Shown here: positions 9,545 to 17,979 of the stretch, in pieces | How positions within the stretch are numbered: position 1 is the stretch's first letter | Layout of the letters: each line of letters opens with the position of its first letter | The notes under the pieces: model-generated | Seen by the model: the letters and a program-made list of their open reading frames with translations, nothing else | Databases searched by the model: none | What the model was told of the DNA's origin: nothing | Origin: a virus | Taxonomy: Duplodnaviria; Caudoviricetes | Strand: one strand, 5' to 3' | IMG/VR virus record: IMGVR_UViG_3300016474_000357 | Span: 1-54,094 of that record | DNA length: 54,094 bases | Translations under genes and position numbers: made by a program

Positions 9545-10405
9545 ATGAAATATGTAATAACATCTTATAACAAAAATACAAAAATAGATGGTGATGGTGG
9601 TTTCAATGAATATTTTGAATTGGGTTGGGAATTATCTCTTAGTAGACTGTGTTTAATATCAATGATTAAAAAAGGATTGTTTAATTCTGATGAGGATACC
9701 GTAGTTACTAATCAAAGTAGAGAATTTTTATATAGTAGTTTTTGTAAAAATGTCTTGTCATATGAATCTTTTGCAAATTTAAAACTTGAAGAAAGTGATG
9801 ATGTATATGATCTTTCTACTGAAATTTTAAATAATGCTGGATATGGTAAACCATCATCTGCCACACACCTTTGGAATTCTGAAAATTTAAACACAAGTAG
9901 TCCTTATCCATATACAATAGAACATGCTCCAGAAATATGTAAATTTGATTTATTGGATATCAATAAAATTATGAAATGTGATAAGGATTTTATTTGTTTT
10001 GTTATTAGGAAGAGGAAATGGTCAAATGGTAGAAATTTAAAAGAACACGAAATAGAAAAAATTTTAAATTTTGCCAAACAAAAAAATCTTGCAGTTTATA
10101 TTGTTGGTAAAAATACAGAATCATATGCTAATCCTTCAAATGATGTTTACCATGTAGAATTTCAGGAATTTACAACTCTAATTAATAGTGAAAGATGCAA
10201 GGCATTAATAACTTCAGCAAGTGGTATCAGCATGATACGATTTTTCACAGGAATATGTAAAATGATTACTTTTGATCTAAACAAAGAATATAATCCACAT
10301 TTTCCTCTATGGGGAGGAGACACTGTTATTTTTTCAGACCTTAAATTAAAAAATAAGTGGTTAATTTTAAATAATTTTAATGAAAAAATTTTGGAAACAA
10401 TATAA
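9545..10405 (+). CDS. Hypothetical protein, possible GT-B-fold glycosyltransferase
   Basis: Long ORF with ATG at 9545 just after the aminotransferase stop; VIRKRKW..RN and ITSASG weakly resemble GT-B nucleotide-binding segments. Confidence 0.4.
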   Translation: MKYVITSYNKNTKIDGDGGFNEYFELGWELSLSRLCLISMIKKGLFNSDEDTVVTNQSREFLYSSFCKNVLSYESFANLKLEESDDVYDLSTEILNNAGYGKPSSATHLWNSENLNTSSPYPYTIEHAPEICKFDLLDINKIMKCDKDFICFVIRKRKWSNGRNLKEHEIEKILNFAKQKNLAVYIVGKNTESYANPSNDVYHVEFQEFTTLINSERCKALITSASGISMIRFFTGICKMITFDLNKEYNPHFPLWGGDTVIFSDLKLKNKWLILNNFNEKILETI

Positions 10406-10449
10406 TAACAATAAAATTTTATAATATACTCTGTATTTAAAGGTAATAT

Positions 10450-11358
10450 ATGAAAATTATTATAACAGGCGGTTGTGGATTTATTGGTTCAAATTTGGTA
10501 GACGAATTAATTCGTCTGAACTATAATGTGTCTGTAATTGACAATCTATCATCAACAGCACATGAGAAGTTTTATTTTAATAAACAAGCAGTATATTACA
10601 AAGATGATATAACTAATAAAAATATTGTAAATGGTATTTTTGAAAGACATAAACCAGATTATGTTTTTCATATGGCTGCTGAATGTAGAATACAACAATG
10701 TATAGAAGATCCAACAAAAGCATTTAATACAAATACGATTGGAACCAATAATATTCTAGAAGCATCTAAATTGTTTGGTGTTAAGAGAGTGATGTTTTCA
10801 AGTACATCTGCAATATATGGATTAAACGATACATTACCACAAACAGAAAAACTAACACCAGACTGTTTGAACATGTATTCATATTCTAAGTTGTTTTCTG
10901 AGGGATTATTTAAATTATATTCCCAACTATATGGTGTTGATAGTATTTGCTTCCGTTATTTTAATGCATATGGACCAAGACAACCAATTCGTGGTTCATA
11001 CGCACCAGTAATTGGTGTATTCTCAAGACAAAAGAAAAATAATGAACCAATGACTGTTGTTGGTGATGGTCTTCAAACTAGAGATTATGTGCATGTTTCT
11101 GATATAGTTTCTGCTAATATTGCAGCAATGAATTGTGATAACAATTTAAATGCAGAAATAGTTAATATAGGAACTGGTAAATCTTTTTCAGTTTTAGATA
11201 TTGCAAAGATGATGAATTCGGAGTATATTCATGTACCAGCAAGAAGTGGTGAAGCACGACATACACTTGCTGATATAACAAAAGCAAAACAATTGTTACA
11301 ATGGGAACCAAAGAACAATTTACAAGAATATATGGAGAAGAAAGAATATGATAATTGA
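10450..11358 (+). CDS. NAD-dependent NDP-sugar epimerase/dehydratase (GalE-like)
   Basis: ITGGCGFIGS, FHMAA, FSSTSAIYG, YSYSK, RYFNAYGPRQ and GDGLQTRDYVHV motifs. Confidence 0.92.
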   Translation: MKIIITGGCGFIGSNLVDELIRLNYNVSVIDNLSSTAHEKFYFNKQAVYYKDDITNKNIVNGIFERHKPDYVFHMAAECRIQQCIEDPTKAFNTNTIGTNNILEASKLFGVKRVMFSSTSAIYGLNDTLPQTEKLTPDCLNMYSYSKLFSEGLFKLYSQLYGVDSICFRYFNAYGPRQPIRGSYAPVIGVFSRQKKNNEPMTVVGDGLQTRDYVHVSDIVSANIAAMNCDNNLNAEIVNIGTGKSFSVLDIAKMMNSEYIHVPARSGEARHTLADITKAKQLLQWEPKNNLQEYMEKKEYDN

Positions 11359-11569
11359 AAACAGTGAATTAAATCTTCAGCAAGAAATCGAAAAGAGAGT
11401 TCTAAAGACTGGAGATTCTTATATTGATGCAATTCTTTTTGTTTGCGAGAATTATTCTCTTGATCCAGAATATATTGCAAAACATCTACCAAAACCAATT
11501 GTAGAAAAACTTCGAGAAGAGGGTGAGTCATTAAATCTACTCCCAAAATCTTCTCGTCTACCCATATAA
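11348..11569 (+). CDS. gp33: Late promoter transcription co-activator (T4 gp33-like)
   Basis: EIEKRV...SYIDAILFVCE...PIVEKLREEGESLNLLPKSSRLPI matches the gp33 pattern; adjacent to gp32. Confidence 0.85.
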   Translation: MIIENSELNLQQEIEKRVLKTGDSYIDAILFVCENYSLDPEYIAKHLPKPIVEKLREEGESLNLLPKSSRLPI

Positions 11570-11572
11570 ATA
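11565..11572 (+). promoter_or_regulatory. T4-type late promoter TATAAATA upstream of gp32
   Basis: Exact consensus overlapping the gp33 stop codon, at the start of one of the few intergenic gaps. Confidence 0.65.
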
Positions 11573-11575
11573 CAC

Positions 11576-11603
11576 TTGACTACTCCAGTATCCGTAGTAT
11601 ACT
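11576..11603 (+). promoter_or_regulatory. Sigma70-like (early) promoter for gp32
   Basis: TTGACT (11576-81), 16 nt spacer, TATACT (11598-603); AAAGGAG Shine-Dalgarno follows before ATG 11660. Confidence 0.65.
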
Positions 11604-11659
11604 ACTGGTGTAAGTCGTACATGTCGTACACTTAAAACATACAAAAGGAGATATCGTAT

Positions 11660-12580
11660 ATGTCGTTCAAGGATCTAAAGAAGCGTTCTCAGGAGAACAT
11701 CTCGCGTCTTACTGAAGAACTGGAGAAGATGAACAAGGGTGCTGAGTCCTACAAGGATGACCGTTTCTGGAAGCCCACTCTTGATCAAGCAAGCAATGGT
11801 TTCGCTGTCATCCGTTTCCTTCCTCCTGTTGAGGGTGAGGATGTTCCGTGGGTTCGTGTGTTCTCACACGGTTTCCAAGGCAAGGGTGGTTGGTTTATTG
11901 AGAACTGCCCGACTACCATCGGTGGCAAGTGTCCTGTCTGTGAAGCAAACAGTGAACTCTGGAACTCCGGTGTTGAGGATGACAAGACCGTAGCCCGTGA
12001 TCGTAAGCGTAAGTTGTCTTACATCGCAAACATCATGGTCGTGTCTGATCCCAAGAATCCTTCAAACGACGGAAAGGTGTTCCTTTTCAAGTTTGGTAAG
12101 AAGATCTTTGACAAGATCATGGAGAAGTTGCAGCCTGAGTTTGCTGATGAGACTCCAATCAATGTCTTTGACTTCTGGAAGGGTGCTGACTTCAAGTTGA
12201 AGATTCGCAAGGTCGCTGGTTATGTTAACTACGACAAGAGCGAGTTTGATGAGGCTGCACCGCTCATGGGTGGTGATGATAAGCAACTGGAAGGTGTTTG
12301 GGCTAAGCAGCACAAGTTGCAGGAGTTCCTCAAGGCTGATAACTTCAAGTCTTATGATGAACTGTCCAAGAAGTTGGATAGTGTTCTCAAGTCTGCCCCA
12401 GAGGGTAAGCGTAAGGCTGAAGAGATGGCTGATGAGGATTTCGAGCCTGAGACTGAACTGAAGTATTCTTCACCGAAGACTTCAAAGCCCGCAAAGATGG
12501 CTGAGAAGAAGGTTGAAGAGGATGTAGAGGAAGAGGATGCGATGTCCTACTTCGAGAAGCTTACTAATGATGACGAGTGA
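11660..12580 (+). CDS. gp32: Single-stranded DNA-binding protein (T4 gp32)
   Basis: DDRFWKP, GFAVIRFLP, HGFQGKGGWFIENCPTT..CPVCE zinc site, KFGKKIFDKI, YDKSEF and an acidic tail. Confidence 0.97.
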   Translation: MSFKDLKKRSQENISRLTEELEKMNKGAESYKDDRFWKPTLDQASNGFAVIRFLPPVEGEDVPWVRVFSHGFQGKGGWFIENCPTTIGGKCPVCEANSELWNSGVEDDKTVARDRKRKLSYIANIMVVSDPKNPSNDGKVFLFKFGKKIFDKIMEKLQPEFADETPINVFDFWKGADFKLKIRKVAGYVNYDKSEFDEAAPLMGGDDKQLEGVWAKQHKLQEFLKADNFKSYDELSKKLDSVLKSAPEGKRKAEEMADEDFEPETELKYSSPKTSKPAKMAEKKVEEDVEEEDAMSYFEKLTNDDE

Positions 12581-12607
12581 GTAAAAATGTGAAAGCGGTG
12601 TGGGAAG

Positions 12608-12637
12608 GAGCCAGTGAAAACTGGCTCTTTTCTTTTT
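12608..12637 (+). terminator. Rho-independent terminator after gp32
   Basis: Stem GAGCCAGT, GAAA tetraloop, ACTGGCTC, then TTTTCTTTTT; lies between convergent genes. Confidence 0.9.
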
Positions 12638-14393
12638 ATAACATTGCTGCTTTGTAGTAATCCATATAGACTTTTTCTAGTACACTTTCGTGCTTGTCTG
12701 GTATTGTTCCAGCAGAGTTAAATTGTCCATATGATTCTGTATATTTGCCACCACCCATACTACCGATCATATTGTTTACTACAATTGGACCAGATGAATT
12801 TGATGATCCGGATAATAATGGTGCTATCTTATATGCATCATTGTATTCTTGGGTTGTATTAGATAAAGCACTTCCTAGAACCATAGTTTCTCTTTGTGTA
12901 GAGATTATATCATTTTTTGTGTTATCCAATAATATACGATATAGATTATCTCCAATACTTTCAGTTACATCATTTGGTTTTGTCGATATAACTGCCTCTG
13001 GTGTATAGTTTTCACCAGCAATAATTTTTTTACCAAATCTACTTCCTTCGATGATGCCTTCATTTTTATATTTTGGTGTTTGTTTAAATAGTTTTACTGT
13101 TTGAGCATAATCTTCTAATGTTGAATTACCACCAGACCCCCATCTCTCTGTTGCATATTTTTGCAATCCCTCTACAGTATAATCTTTTCCACCAACTTGT
13201 TCCTCAAATGCAATCTTATTGGTTTCACCAAAACCAGAAAATGTATCGAATTCTACAGCATACCGAGGTTTAACATTTTCCATTAAAGCAACATCACTAC
13301 CCATGGCTCCAGTTGCAAATGATAATTCATGCATTAAGGGATTGTTTGATAGCCATTTTCTAACAATAGACATGGGATAATACACACTATCTTCACCATT
13401 TTTTTGTTTGTATTCCTTTTCTTCTATTTCTCTTCTATTTACATATTGAACCAATGATTCTATTGCACCATTTATTTGATTCATATCTTTTCTAGCAGAA
13501 TCAACAGATGTATATTCTTTACTCATATTTGGAACCACTTGATCAATCATTTCTTTAGATCGTTCTAATGGTCTTATTATATCTTGTGCCTCTTGTACAT
13601 TTAAATCTTCTGCAGATTTTGGTGCTTGTGTTTGTTGTCTTTTTTCTATTTCTTTTGGTTCATTTAATTGTTCTAACTCCTGTGAAGTTATTTGTGGTGC
13701 AAATTCTTTTCCTGGTAATTGTTGTCTGCCAGTTTCAGGTGACACCATCACTGTTCTTCTACTAACTACTCCCTGCTCTTCTGCTTGTTGTAAACTAAGA
13801 CCTTTGCTTTCAGCAACACCTTTTGCTTGACTTTCTGTTACTATTTTACCAGTTTCTTTTTCTGTAAAAAGTGCTTCACCTGTATCCAGTGTTTGTTGTT
13901 TACTACCAAATACATCTAAATTCATACTTGCTCTTCTATCATTATCAAATTTATCCAACAGAGGATCTAACCAAGGACCGATAGCATTTTCATATATCAT
14001 ATCTCCTATTTTATAAAATACTGCTGATGTGGCAGCAACTAATAAAGATTTTAATATGAAAGGCATTGCTGCTACTAAAAGTGGACCGACAAACTTAGCC
14101 AATTCTAACAAACCAGCAAGACCACCACCTCCGGATTCTGAGAAAAATTGTTTATCTCTAATTTCTTCTAACAATTTTACTGTTTTTATTTTATATCTAT
14201 TTTCACTTTCTTGAATAGTTTTACCTTCGGAAACTTCTTCTTCTCTAACGGCTAAAGATTCTGATTGTTTTTCATTTTGTTCTTTTTGAATAGACAATAA
14301 TGATTCAACTGTAAATGATACATTACTAACTTTTTTAGAAATATCTAAAAGTAGTTGATCTCTAACTTTTTGATCTTTATCGTTTTCTGGCAT
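12636..14393 (-). CDS. Probable baseplate hub / tape-measure protein (gp29-like)
   Basis: Follows gp48-gp26-gp51. Helical, with a hydrophobic segment (GLAGLLELAKFVGPLLVAAMPFILKSLLVAA) and an AGENYTPEAVI motif; 585 aa is similar to T4 gp29. Confidence 0.55.
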   Translation of the reverse strand: MPENDKDQKVRDQLLLDISKKVSNVSFTVESLLSIQKEQNEKQSESLAVREEEVSEGKTIQESENRYKIKTVKLLEEIRDKQFFSESGGGGLAGLLELAKFVGPLLVAAMPFILKSLLVAATSAVFYKIGDMIYENAIGPWLDPLLDKFDNDRRASMNLDVFGSKQQTLDTGEALFTEKETGKIVTESQAKGVAESKGLSLQQAEEQGVVSRRTVMVSPETGRQQLPGKEFAPQITSQELEQLNEPKEIEKRQQTQAPKSAEDLNVQEAQDIIRPLERSKEMIDQVVPNMSKEYTSVDSARKDMNQINGAIESLVQYVNRREIEEKEYKQKNGEDSVYYPMSIVRKWLSNNPLMHELSFATGAMGSDVALMENVKPRYAVEFDTFSGFGETNKIAFEEQVGGKDYTVEGLQKYATERWGSGGNSTLEDYAQTVKLFKQTPKYKNEGIIEGSRFGKKIIAGENYTPEAVISTKPNDVTESIGDNLYRILLDNTKNDIISTQRETMVLGSALSNTTQEYNDAYKIAPLLSGSSNSSGPIVVNNMIGSMGGGKYTESYGQFNSAGTIPDKHESVLEKVYMDYYKAAML

Positions 14394-14399
14394 TTATAT

Positions 14400-14597
14400 T
14401 CAACCTCTTACTTTATTTTTTCTTCTTGCTTGTTCTATTCTTTCTTTTTTATCATTAATATTTTTTATATGCAATCCGATATAAACTCTTCTTTCCCACG
14501 GTAACATATTTTCTAAAGATATCATATCAAATATTTTGCTCTCGATTAAACTATAATTTGTTTCATATAATAATTTTAAATTTTCAACCGAGAGCAT
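14400..14597 (-). CDS. gp51: Baseplate hub assembly protein (gp51-like)
   Basis: ENL..LYETNYSL...LENMLPWERRVYI motif, directly downstream of gp26. Confidence 0.8.
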   Translation of the reverse strand: MLSVENLKLLYETNYSLIESKIFDMISLENMLPWERRVYIGLHIKNINDKKERIEQARRKNKVRG

Positions 14598-15313
14598 TAA
14601 GCGAAAAAATTTGTAAAATCTCTTACACTTATTGGTATCTTGTTTCCTGTTGGGGTTGTGTATTCATCTTCATAAACTACGACTGGCATTGAGTCAAAAA
14701 ATGCAGACAATTTTTTAAACATATCTTTTGGTAAATTTTCTATAAATGATTTTATCTCATCATTTTTCATATCTTTGATATCTAATATTTTTTCTTTTGT
14801 ATAAATTTTATCTATTGATGCCGCTAAAAAATTAAATATTATTTCTGTCTTTGACATTTTTTCATCTGTTAATTGTGTAAATTCTCTTAATGATGGGTAT
14901 TTCATAATAACACCCAAATTATCATTTAATCGTATATTAAATTTATCTTTATTTTGATTATTGTTTAATATTTTTATATTTTCTAATTTCATTTCAGTTT
15001 CAAATCTTTCTTTAGTATTTGGATCACGAACTACAATTTCTACTACTTCTCCCATAGATTTCATTCGTAATTGTATAAAAAGATATTCTGCATCATAATA
15101 CGGCATTTTATCAATGTCTACTTTACCATAATAACATGATTCCATAACAGTTTTTATTGCATTTAATATTTGTTTTGTATCTTTGGATTCTAATGCAATC
15201 AATAATATTTTTTCCTCTTTTACAACAAAAGGTCTGAATGACAATTCTTCTCCGGTTGACGGTATTGTTGTTGTATAAGTTGGGAGAGATACTAAATTTT
15301 TCAAATCAATCAT
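14597..15313 (-). CDS. gp26: Baseplate hub subunit (gp26-like)
   Basis: LPTY..TIPSTG...FRPFVVKEEKILLIALES, EYLFIQLRMKSMGE, MKYPS and FFDSMP motifs. Confidence 0.9.
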   Translation of the reverse strand: MIDLKNLVSLPTYTTTIPSTGEELSFRPFVVKEEKILLIALESKDTKQILNAIKTVMESCYYGKVDIDKMPYYDAEYLFIQLRMKSMGEVVEIVVRDPNTKERFETEMKLENIKILNNNQNKDKFNIRLNDNLGVIMKYPSLREFTQLTDEKMSKTEIIFNFLAASIDKIYTKEKILDIKDMKNDEIKSFIENLPKDMFKKLSAFFDSMPVVVYEDEYTTPTGNKIPISVRDFTNFFA

Positions 15314-15323
15314 AATTTACTCC

Positions 15324-16685
15324 TTAATCTGGTCTACCACTTGCTAGTGTTGATTTATATGGTTTTAAAACTTGTTCCTTTGTTAATCCTGTTGTTTCTA
15401 ATGATTGTTGTAATTCTGCATTATTATATGATAATGCATTTTCTAAATCATTTCTATCCAGAAGTCTTGTTTCTGCTATATCTAATGTTAATGTTATTAC
15501 TACAGGATTACCATCTTTAAAATGTGCATAGAATCCTTGTTGTGTATAATCTAATTGAACACTCTTTAAAAAACACTTTTGCAGACTTTTTGGTAGTACT
15601 TTTGATTCCTCTCCATTTATTCTGAAGTAAAAATCTACAGTTCCTGGGAAGGTATAAAGAATACCACCAAGATCTTGTGTTGGGTATGAATGTTGTTTTA
15701 ACATTTCCACTATTCTTAAAAATTGATCCGCTTCATCTTTGCTTGTTGGTTGAAATTCTATATTCCACTGCCAATTTCTTGGATTTGGACTTCTATAAAG
15801 AGTTTCCATTGCTGGATTGATTGCTTTTCTTGTTGCTAATTGAGCATTATTTGCAATGAATTCAGTAACACCAGGCATAGAAACTTTTCCAATACCACCA
15901 CCTGATCTTGGTGTTCCTGCTAATGGTCCCGTAATAGCATTTAAAAGACCAGACACAACACCCAATATTGGTACTACAGGATTATTGGAAAAAGCATCAA
16001 CATTATGACTGTGTATATCATTTATTTGTTTTGGTAATGGTAAAAATATTGTTTTCTTTTTGTTTGGTGAATTTATATCACCTTCTGTATAAAAATTTCT
16101 ATTTAATAACTCAACATTATTATTTGTAAATTCTTTTGTTTTATCAAAATTTTCAACTGCTTGTTTTGCACCTTTTGCCAAACCAATTCCTGATGCTTTA
16201 AGTTTTTCTAATGCAGTAGATTTATCATTTATTACTGGTGATTCTGGTAAACCATCTACCAAATCACCAATCTTGTTTGCTCCTTCTTTTAGCAATTCTG
16301 CACCTTTTCTATTCAATTCTAATTGTGAATTCCCTAAATTTGGATTTTCATTACTTGATGGTGAGTGCAATACAATTACCATACAATCTCGCAATTTACT
16401 AATATCACCACTAAACGATAATTGTTTTACTATATCAGAATCAACTGTTGGTAGTTTTTGTTCTAAAGCCTTAGCCTTATTTTCTATAGTAGTTAAGGCT
16501 TCTTTATTTGATAAATTCTTTTCTCTAGCAGCAGCGTCCATAGTACCACCAATTAAAGATTCATAATTTGGTGGTACAGTGTTTAAATCCGGTATTGATA
16601 CTGGTGGATTTGGGTCTGATGCTTCTTCTGGTGTCCAAGGACCTAGTTTTGAGTAGTTTGCTATGTTTTCTTTTTTAATTAACAT
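15324..16685 (-). CDS. gp48: Baseplate tail tube cap (gp48-like)
   Basis: IFLPLP, AINPAMETLYRSPNPRNW..FQPTSKDEA, CFLKSVQLDYT and LTLDIAE motifs. Confidence 0.8.
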   Translation of the reverse strand: MLIKKENIANYSKLGPWTPEEASDPNPPVSIPDLNTVPPNYESLIGGTMDAAAREKNLSNKEALTTIENKAKALEQKLPTVDSDIVKQLSFSGDISKLRDCMVIVLHSPSSNENPNLGNSQLELNRKGAELLKEGANKIGDLVDGLPESPVINDKSTALEKLKASGIGLAKGAKQAVENFDKTKEFTNNNVELLNRNFYTEGDINSPNKKKTIFLPLPKQINDIHSHNVDAFSNNPVVPILGVVSGLLNAITGPLAGTPRSGGGIGKVSMPGVTEFIANNAQLATRKAINPAMETLYRSPNPRNWQWNIEFQPTSKDEADQFLRIVEMLKQHSYPTQDLGGILYTFPGTVDFYFRINGEESKVLPKSLQKCFLKSVQLDYTQQGFYAHFKDGNPVVITLTLDIAETRLLDRNDLENALSYNNAELQQSLETTGLTKEQVLKPYKSTLASGRPD

Positions 16686-16691
16686 TTTTTG

Positions 16692-16699
16692 GATAAATA
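16692..16699 (+). promoter_or_regulatory. Late promoter variant GATAAATA for the gp4-gp54-gp53 operon
   Basis: NATAAATA in the 42 nt divergent intergenic gap. Confidence 0.55.
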
Positions 16700-16720
16700 G
16701 GAAAGAATACTGTTCTTTTT

Positions 16721-16728
16721 TATTTATA
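16721..16728 (-). promoter_or_regulatory. Late promoter TATAAATA for the gp48-26-51-29 operon
   Basis: TATTTATA on the plus strand reads TATAAATA on the minus strand, about 35 nt upstream of the gp48 start. Confidence 0.65.
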
Positions 16729-17168
16729 TGCCATACAAAGGTAAATATCGACCGGAAAATCCAGAAAAGTATGTTGGAAACTCCAGCAACATCGTTTATC
16801 GTTCCCTACTGGAGCGTAGATTTATGGTCTTTTGTGATAGGAACAGCAGTGTATTGAAGTGGTCATCTGAGGAGTTGGCTATACCGTATGTTTCCCCCAT
16901 AGATAATAGAGTTCACAGATATTTCGTGGATTTTGTGATAGAAGTGCAGGAAAAGACAGGGGATACTAAGGTTTACCTTGTCGAAATCAAGCCATCCAGA
17001 CAATGTGTTCAGCCAAAACAATCAGAGAATAAGAAGCAACGGACATTTCTAAAAGAAAGTAAAACTTGGTTAATAAATAATTCAAAGTGGAATGCTGCTT
17101 CGGAATTTGCTAAAAAACAAAACTGGGAATTTAAAATAATAACGGAAAAAACACTAGGAACAAATTAA
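16728..17168 (+). CDS. gp4: Head completion protein / nuclease (T4 gp4, TnsA N-terminal-like fold)
   Basis: YKGKYRPENPEKYVG..IVYRSLLER, WSSEE..IPY.SP.D..VHRYFVDF, VEIKP and N.SKW.AA motifs. Confidence 0.93.
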   Translation: MPYKGKYRPENPEKYVGNSSNIVYRSLLERRFMVFCDRNSSVLKWSSEELAIPYVSPIDNRVHRYFVDFVIEVQEKTGDTKVYLVEIKPSRQCVQPKQSENKKQRTFLKESKTWLINNSKWNAASEFAKKQNWEFKIITEKTLGTN

Positions 17169-17978
17169 ATGAGCTCATTTGGACCAATTGGACCATTATC
17201 TGGAATAAACAATATAAAGACATTTCAGGGACTAACTGATAGAGTATCAGCAGGATCATTCAAACCATATGATTCAGTTGGTTCATTTTCACCAGTAACA
17301 GGCGATTCAGCGACCGAACTTGCTAATTTTCTCTTCACTTCTGGTCTTTTATACAGAACTAACAGATTCTTTGCAACGGTGTTTCCACCACTAACTGCAA
17401 ATAATACATTATCAGCATTATCCGACAGAAACGGATTACGATTTGTTTGTGAGAATGCTAGCATACCAAACCAGACATTATTCACTTCAGACTATAAATT
17501 AAACAACCTACCAGTATTGAGACTACCATACACCATAGACTATGGTAATGAACTAACGCTATCATTTAGAATGACAGACAACTATAAAGAAAGAAAATTC
17601 TTCTTGAACTGGCAGGAGTACATTTTTGACACAGTTAATGGTGTTGAATATTACAACAACTACACCAATACCTCCTTGATTGTTTTGACTCAGTTGGATA
17701 CACAAAACAACAAAGTCTACAACACTCAATTCATTGGTGCTTATCCTACTAATATTGGTTCTATTGAATATTCATGGGAACCAGATTCAAATTATGTAAA
17801 GCAATCCGTATCATTCTCATATTACAGAATGGTTTCCGAAGGTGTGGTCTATTCTAAGCCAACTGTTCGTTATGATCCAGATCCACCACCATTGTTGAAT
17901 AATACACCACCAGATGTTCCATATTACTTAGAGCAACCAACAGTTTCAAAACCACCAGATAATTTTGTAGAGATGTAA
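17169..17978 (+). CDS. gp54: Baseplate tail tube initiator (gp54-like, tail-tube fold)
   Basis: RTNRF, CENASIP, LTLSF...ERKFFLNWQEYI, GAYPTNIGSIEYSW and VSFSY motifs. Confidence 0.7.
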   Translation: MSSFGPIGPLSGINNIKTFQGLTDRVSAGSFKPYDSVGSFSPVTGDSATELANFLFTSGLLYRTNRFFATVFPPLTANNTLSALSDRNGLRFVCENASIPNQTLFTSDYKLNNLPVLRLPYTIDYGNELTLSFRMTDNYKERKFFLNWQEYIFDTVNGVEYYNNYTNTSLIVLTQLDTQNNKVYNTQFIGAYPTNIGSIEYSWEPDSNYVKQSVSFSYYRMVSEGVVYSKPTVRYDPDPPPLLNNTPPDVPYYLEQPTVSKPPDNFVEM

Positions 17979-17979
17979 A

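Noticed and set aside
10406-10449. Palindrome ATAAAATTTTAT with TATAAT before the epimerase
   Set aside because: Composed only of A/T in an AT-rich gap with no convincing -35, so it cannot be distinguished from chance.
1-11358. Host O-antigen locus flanking a prophage, or a chimeric join
   Set aside because: No wzx/wzy/wzz, integrase or att-like boundary is evident, and the last gene overlaps phage gp33, so the cluster appears to be phage-borne.
11739-12461. Several overlapping alternative-frame ORFs within gp32
   Set aside because: Expected from the locally higher GC and biased codon usage, which reduce off-frame stops; no recognisable products.
16728-17168. TnsA-like endonuclease suggesting a Tn7 element or homing endonuclease
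   Set aside because: Sequence and position match the conserved T4 gp4 head completion protein; no transposon ends or other tns genes.
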